From assembly GCA_038042445.1 (NCBI GenBank), contig JBBTED010000079.1, positions 1 through 20,174 on the forward strand: DNA of 20,174 nucleotides, read 5' to 3'. Source of the DNA: Candidatus Firestoneibacteriota bacterium. Its GTDB lineage: Bacteria; Oederibacteriota; D2-FULL-39-29; JBBTED01. The stretch's first letter is position 1; the number at the start of each line of letters is the position of its first letter. The notes under the pieces were generated by a model. The model did no database searches, had not been told where the DNA came from, and was given only the letters and a program-made list of their open reading frames with translations. Below are positions 17,561-20,174 of the stretch, piece after piece. A program made the position numbers and the translations under genes.

Positions 17561-17566
17561 AAAACT

Positions 17567-19288
17567 ATGTTACGGGAAATACATATTAAAAACTTTGCTA
17601 TAATTGATGAGATTACTGTTGAATTTGCAGAAGGGTTAAATATATTTAGCGGTGAAACAGGTGCAGGCAAATCAATAATAATAGATGCTTTAAATCTTGT
17701 TTTGGGTGAACGTGGTTTTACTGAACAGATTCGCACGGGTGCTGATGCTTCTGTAATAGAAGCGATATTTGATGTAGAGGCAGGTCGCGACCTGCTTCTA
17801 CGGAATAAAGGTATAGATATTGATGATAGTAACATTCTCATTTTAAAGCGTGAATTAAATAAATCAGGAAAAAATAAATGTTATATAAATAGTAGCCCTG
17901 TTCCATTAAATACACTCTATGAAATAGGTGTCCAACTTGTAGATATTCATGGCCAGCATGAACACCAGGCACTCTTGAAGTCTGAAACCCATATAGAATT
18001 TCTTGATAATTTTGCCGTATTAACCAATAAAGTAACAGAAATAAAAGAATTATTTTTGAAATTAAACACACTTAAGACAAAAAAAGAGAATTTAACAATT
18101 GATGAGCATGAAAAAACAAGAAAAATAGATTTATTATCATTTCAGATAAATGAGATAGAAGATGCTAATTTAAAAGCTGGGGAAGAAGAGGAGCTTAAAA
18201 GCGAAAAAACAATTCTTATGAATGCACAAAAGATTTTTAATCTTGCAGATGAGTCTTATTCTAAATTAAAAGGCGAAGGTGTAAATGTATTAAATGAAAC
18301 AAATAAAATTATAAATATATTAAAAGAAATTTCTGCGATGGATGCAAAAATTTCTTCTTGCGTTGATGTGTGTGAAAAAGCAAAAGCAGATTTAGATGAA
18401 GTGGGGTATTTTTTGCGCGAATATAAAACTAAAATAATAGCTGATGATAAACGCCTTGAAGAGGTAGAGGACAGATTGGATTTGGTTGGTAAACTTAAGC
18501 GAAAGTATGGGGATAATTTTGATGCAATATTGGTATATAAAGAAAAAATAAAGGAAGAATTAAACTCTATTATTAAGTCAGATGAGGAAATAAAAAAAAT
18601 AGATGAAGAAATAATAAAAGGACAGGGAGAACTTGTTAAGCTATCACTTGAAGTGTCAAAGATGCGTGAAAAAGCAAGTAAGTCTTTGCAGGAAAAAGTT
18701 GTAGCGGAATTGAAAAATCTAGGTATGGAGAATATAAATTTTAGTGTTTGTATTTCGCATATAGAGGAAAACAATCCCCCTATCCCCCCTTGTCAGGGGG
18801 GGGATAAGTACAAAGTTTTTGAAAATGGGATGGATATAGTGGAATTTTTAATTTCTCCAAATCCAGGCGAGGAATTAAAACCGTTATCTAAAATTGCATC
18901 TGGTGGTGAAATATCAAGGGTAATGCTTGCTTTAAAAGTGGTTTTGGCAAAAGTTGATAAAGTGCCTGTAATGGTTTTTGATGAAGTTGATTCTGGAATT
19001 GGCGGTAGAATTGCAGAAGCTGTCGGCAAAAAATTAAAAGTTGTGAGTAAAAATTATCAGGTTATATGTATTACACATTTACATCAGATTGCAGGTTTTG
19101 CAGATATACATTTTAAAGTATGGAAAGAAACAAGCAACAAAAGAACAAAAGTGTTAGCAGAGAAACTTGATAATAAAGGGCAAGTGGAAGAATTAGCGCG
19201 TATGATTGCAGGAGAAAAAATAACTGATAGTGCAATCAAACATGCCCAGGAACTACTTTATTCCTGCAGAGTCAAACAAACTAAGTAA
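17567..19288 (+). CDS. recN: DNA repair protein RecN
   Basis: IKNFAII, Walker A GETGAGKS, DIHGQHEHQ, long coiled coil, VEFLISPNPGE, IASGGEISRVML, FDEVDSG, ICITHLHQIA, ELARM. Start moved from 17537 to ATG 17567. Confidence 0.96.
   Translation: MLREIHIKNFAIIDEITVEFAEGLNIFSGETGAGKSIIIDALNLVLGERGFTEQIRTGADASVIEAIFDVEAGRDLLLRNKGIDIDDSNILILKRELNKSGKNKCYINSSPVPLNTLYEIGVQLVDIHGQHEHQALLKSETHIEFLDNFAVLTNKVTEIKELFLKLNTLKTKKENLTIDEHEKTRKIDLLSFQINEIEDANLKAGEEEELKSEKTILMNAQKIFNLADESYSKLKGEGVNVLNETNKIINILKEISAMDAKISSCVDVCEKAKADLDEVGYFLREYKTKIIADDKRLEEVEDRLDLVGKLKRKYGDNFDAILVYKEKIKEELNSIIKSDEEIKKIDEEIIKGQGELVKLSLEVSKMREKASKSLQEKVVAELKNLGMENINFSVCISHIEENNPPIPPCQGGDKYKVFENGMDIVEFLISPNPGEELKPLSKIASGGEISRVMLALKVVLAKVDKVPVMVFDEVDSGIGGRIAEAVGKKLKVVSKNYQVICITHLHQIAGFADIHFKVWKETSNKRTKVLAEKLDNKGQVEELARMIAGEKITDSAIKHAQELLYSCRVKQTK
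17774..17801. repeat. GTAG-tagged palindrome inside the recN coding sequence
   Basis: GTAGAGGCAGGTCG|CGACCTGCTTCTAC (one G:T pair); same length, ends and GGTCGCGACC core as 14426-14453. Confidence 0.75.
18773..18806. repeat. C-run/G-run hairpin repeat inside the recN coding sequence
   Basis: AATCCCCCTATCCCCCCTTGTCAGGGGGGGGATA, similar to the intergenic copy at 19965-19997. Confidence 0.75.
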
Positions 19289-19534
19289 ACTCGATGTTTT
19301 TTGCAGTTCTTTTGCTTCTTTTGCCTGTCGGACTTTAAAATATTCGTCAGCAATATTTAATGCAGAAAGAATGGTTATTTTATTCATATTTACTAATCCA
19401 GTAGCTGTAACTATTTCCCGTATTTTGGAGTCAACATATTTAGCAAGCTGAGTTATGTATTCTGGGTCAGCATCTCCTTTAATAAGATATTCAATACCGT
19501 ATATTTCTACTTTTACTACATTTTTTTGTGACAT
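19253..19534 (-). CDS. zapA: cell division protein ZapA
   Basis: 'VEIYGIEYLIKG..YITQLAKYVDSKIREI..ITILSALNIADEYF'; RBS AGGAGG (19545-19550); downstream of pheT. Confidence 0.9.
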   Translation of the reverse strand: MSQKNVVKVEIYGIEYLIKGDADPEYITQLAKYVDSKIREIVTATGLVNMNKITILSALNIADEYFKVRQAKEAKELQKTSSLLSLFDSAGIK

Positions 19535-19575
19535 ATTTATTTATCCTCCTTTGCTTTCTTCAATAACCTATTTTT

Positions 19576-19641
19576 GTCATGCTGAATTTATTTCAGCATC
19601 TAATAAAATTATTTGAGATCCTGAAACGAGTTCAGGATGAC
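19576..19641. repeat. TGACA-tailed palindromic repeat, inverted doublet
   Basis: GTCATGCTGAATTTATTTCAGCATCT (19576-19601) and GAGATCCTGAAACGAGTTCAGGATGAC (19615-19641, identical to 17438-17464). Confidence 0.9.
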
Positions 19642-19692
19642 ACTCTTCCTTTAATTCCCTTATGTGTCATTGATAAAGGGGTGGGGAGATTT

Positions 19693-19962
19693 TTACAATT
19701 TTACTTTTTCTAATTGAGCTAATATTTCTTCAATTCTGTTTTTCATTTTTTCTTTTTCTGCTTTTAATGTGTCAAGTTCAGCAAGAGAATTTTTATACAT
19801 TTCAATGTTGTGTTCAAGTTTTTTAATGTTTTCATCTTTTTGTTTGAATTCATTTATGAGTTTGTTATTTGCATCGTCTAATTCTTTTTTTTCTTTGCGT
19901 AAACTTTCAATTAATTCAATTGCATTTCTAACTTTTGCCTCAACTAATTCCCAATTGTCCAT
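19693..19962 (-). CDS. ZapB-like coiled-coil cell division protein
   Basis: 89 aa coiled coil 'LVEAKVRNAIELIESLRKEK...KNRIEEILAQLE', in pheT-X-zapA synteny. Confidence 0.7.
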   Translation of the reverse strand: MDNWELVEAKVRNAIELIESLRKEKKELDDANNKLINEFKQKDENIKKLEHNIEMYKNSLAELDTLKAEKEKMKNRIEEILAQLEKVKL

Positions 19963-19964
19963 TT

Positions 19965-19997
19965 AACCCCCTTTAATCCCCCCTTATCAGGGGGAAA
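19965..19997. repeat. C-run/G-run hairpin repeat
   Basis: AACCCCCTTTAATCCCCCCTTATCAGGGGGAAA fills almost the whole 35-bp spacer between pheT and the ZapB-like gene. Confidence 0.75.
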
Positions 19998-20174
19998 TTA
20001 CCTTCTTATTTCTACAGATAATTCTTTTGTTAGTTTTTTACATAAGTTTTCATACGCTACATTGACTTCTTCGTCAGTTAATGTTCTGTCTTTTGCGCGG
20101 TATATAATCTGATATGCTACACTTTTTTTGTCTTCTGGTATGGATTTACCGATATACATATCAAAAAGCTCTAT
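19998..20174 (-). CDS. pheT: phenylalanine-tRNA ligase beta subunit, C-terminal anticodon-binding (FDX-ACB) domain, partial
   Basis: Manual translation gives IELFDMYIGKSIPEDKKSVAYQIIYRAKDRTLTDEEVNVAYENLCKKLTKELSVEIRR*. Not in the ORF track because it runs off the window edge. Confidence 0.92.
   Translation of the reverse strand: MELFDMYIGKSIPEDKKSVAYQIIYRAKDRTLTDEEVNVAYENLCKKLTKELSVEIRR

Noticed and set aside
17117..17566. Shared N-terminus MLKRVQHD on GIY-YIG and RecN as a targeting peptide
   Set aside because: It is the translation of the repeat. Family homology begins at ATG 17150 and ATG 17567.
9053..19641. Intergenic hairpins as classical intrinsic terminators
   Set aside because: Most lack a U-tract in the sense direction, several lie inside probable operons, and they recur as families. 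A terminator role cannot be excluded for individual copies.
19535..19692. 6S RNA or other ncRNA near zapA
   Set aside because: The spacer is accounted for by repeats and the RBS, and is upstream of zapA rather than downstream. No tRNA or rRNA was recognised anywhere in the window.
1173..19966. Other short antisense ORFs (e.g. 5870-6295, 13709-14158, 15073-15279, 18256-18774, 19230-19451, 19769-19966)
   Set aside because: They are shadows of well-supported genes or repeats, with no motifs of their own.

Overview
AT-rich chromosomal region from a diderm bacterium (TolC and CsgG-family genes present). + strand: short hypothetical ORF, TolC-family channel, RND permease (no adaptor gene in between), PHP-domain protein, cobU, secA, CHASE2-class III nucleotide cyclase, aroF-tyrA-aroA-plsC, two lipoproteins (DUF799/GNA1162-like and CsgG/HfaB-like), a stand-alone 95-aa GIY-YIG nuclease and recN. 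- strand: 3' end of pheT, a ZapB-like gene and zapA, converging on recN. The genes are mostly housekeeping; the non-coding DNA is the unusual part. Eleven intergenic spacers carry short palindromic repeats of at least three families: GTAG-tagged REP-like doublets, a TGACA-tailed hairpin family, and a C-run/G-run hairpin. The TGACA family has 8 close copies with compensatory stem changes; 4 of them surround the GIY-YIG gene, which is also bracketed by direct repeats with 11-bp tandem arrays. This resembles a RAYT/REP-like system built on a GIY-YIG nuclease (inference). Two palindromes sit in-frame inside recN, and a CCGCCTAGGCGG hairpin appears grafted into three different repeat types. All calls are by eye; no searches were run.
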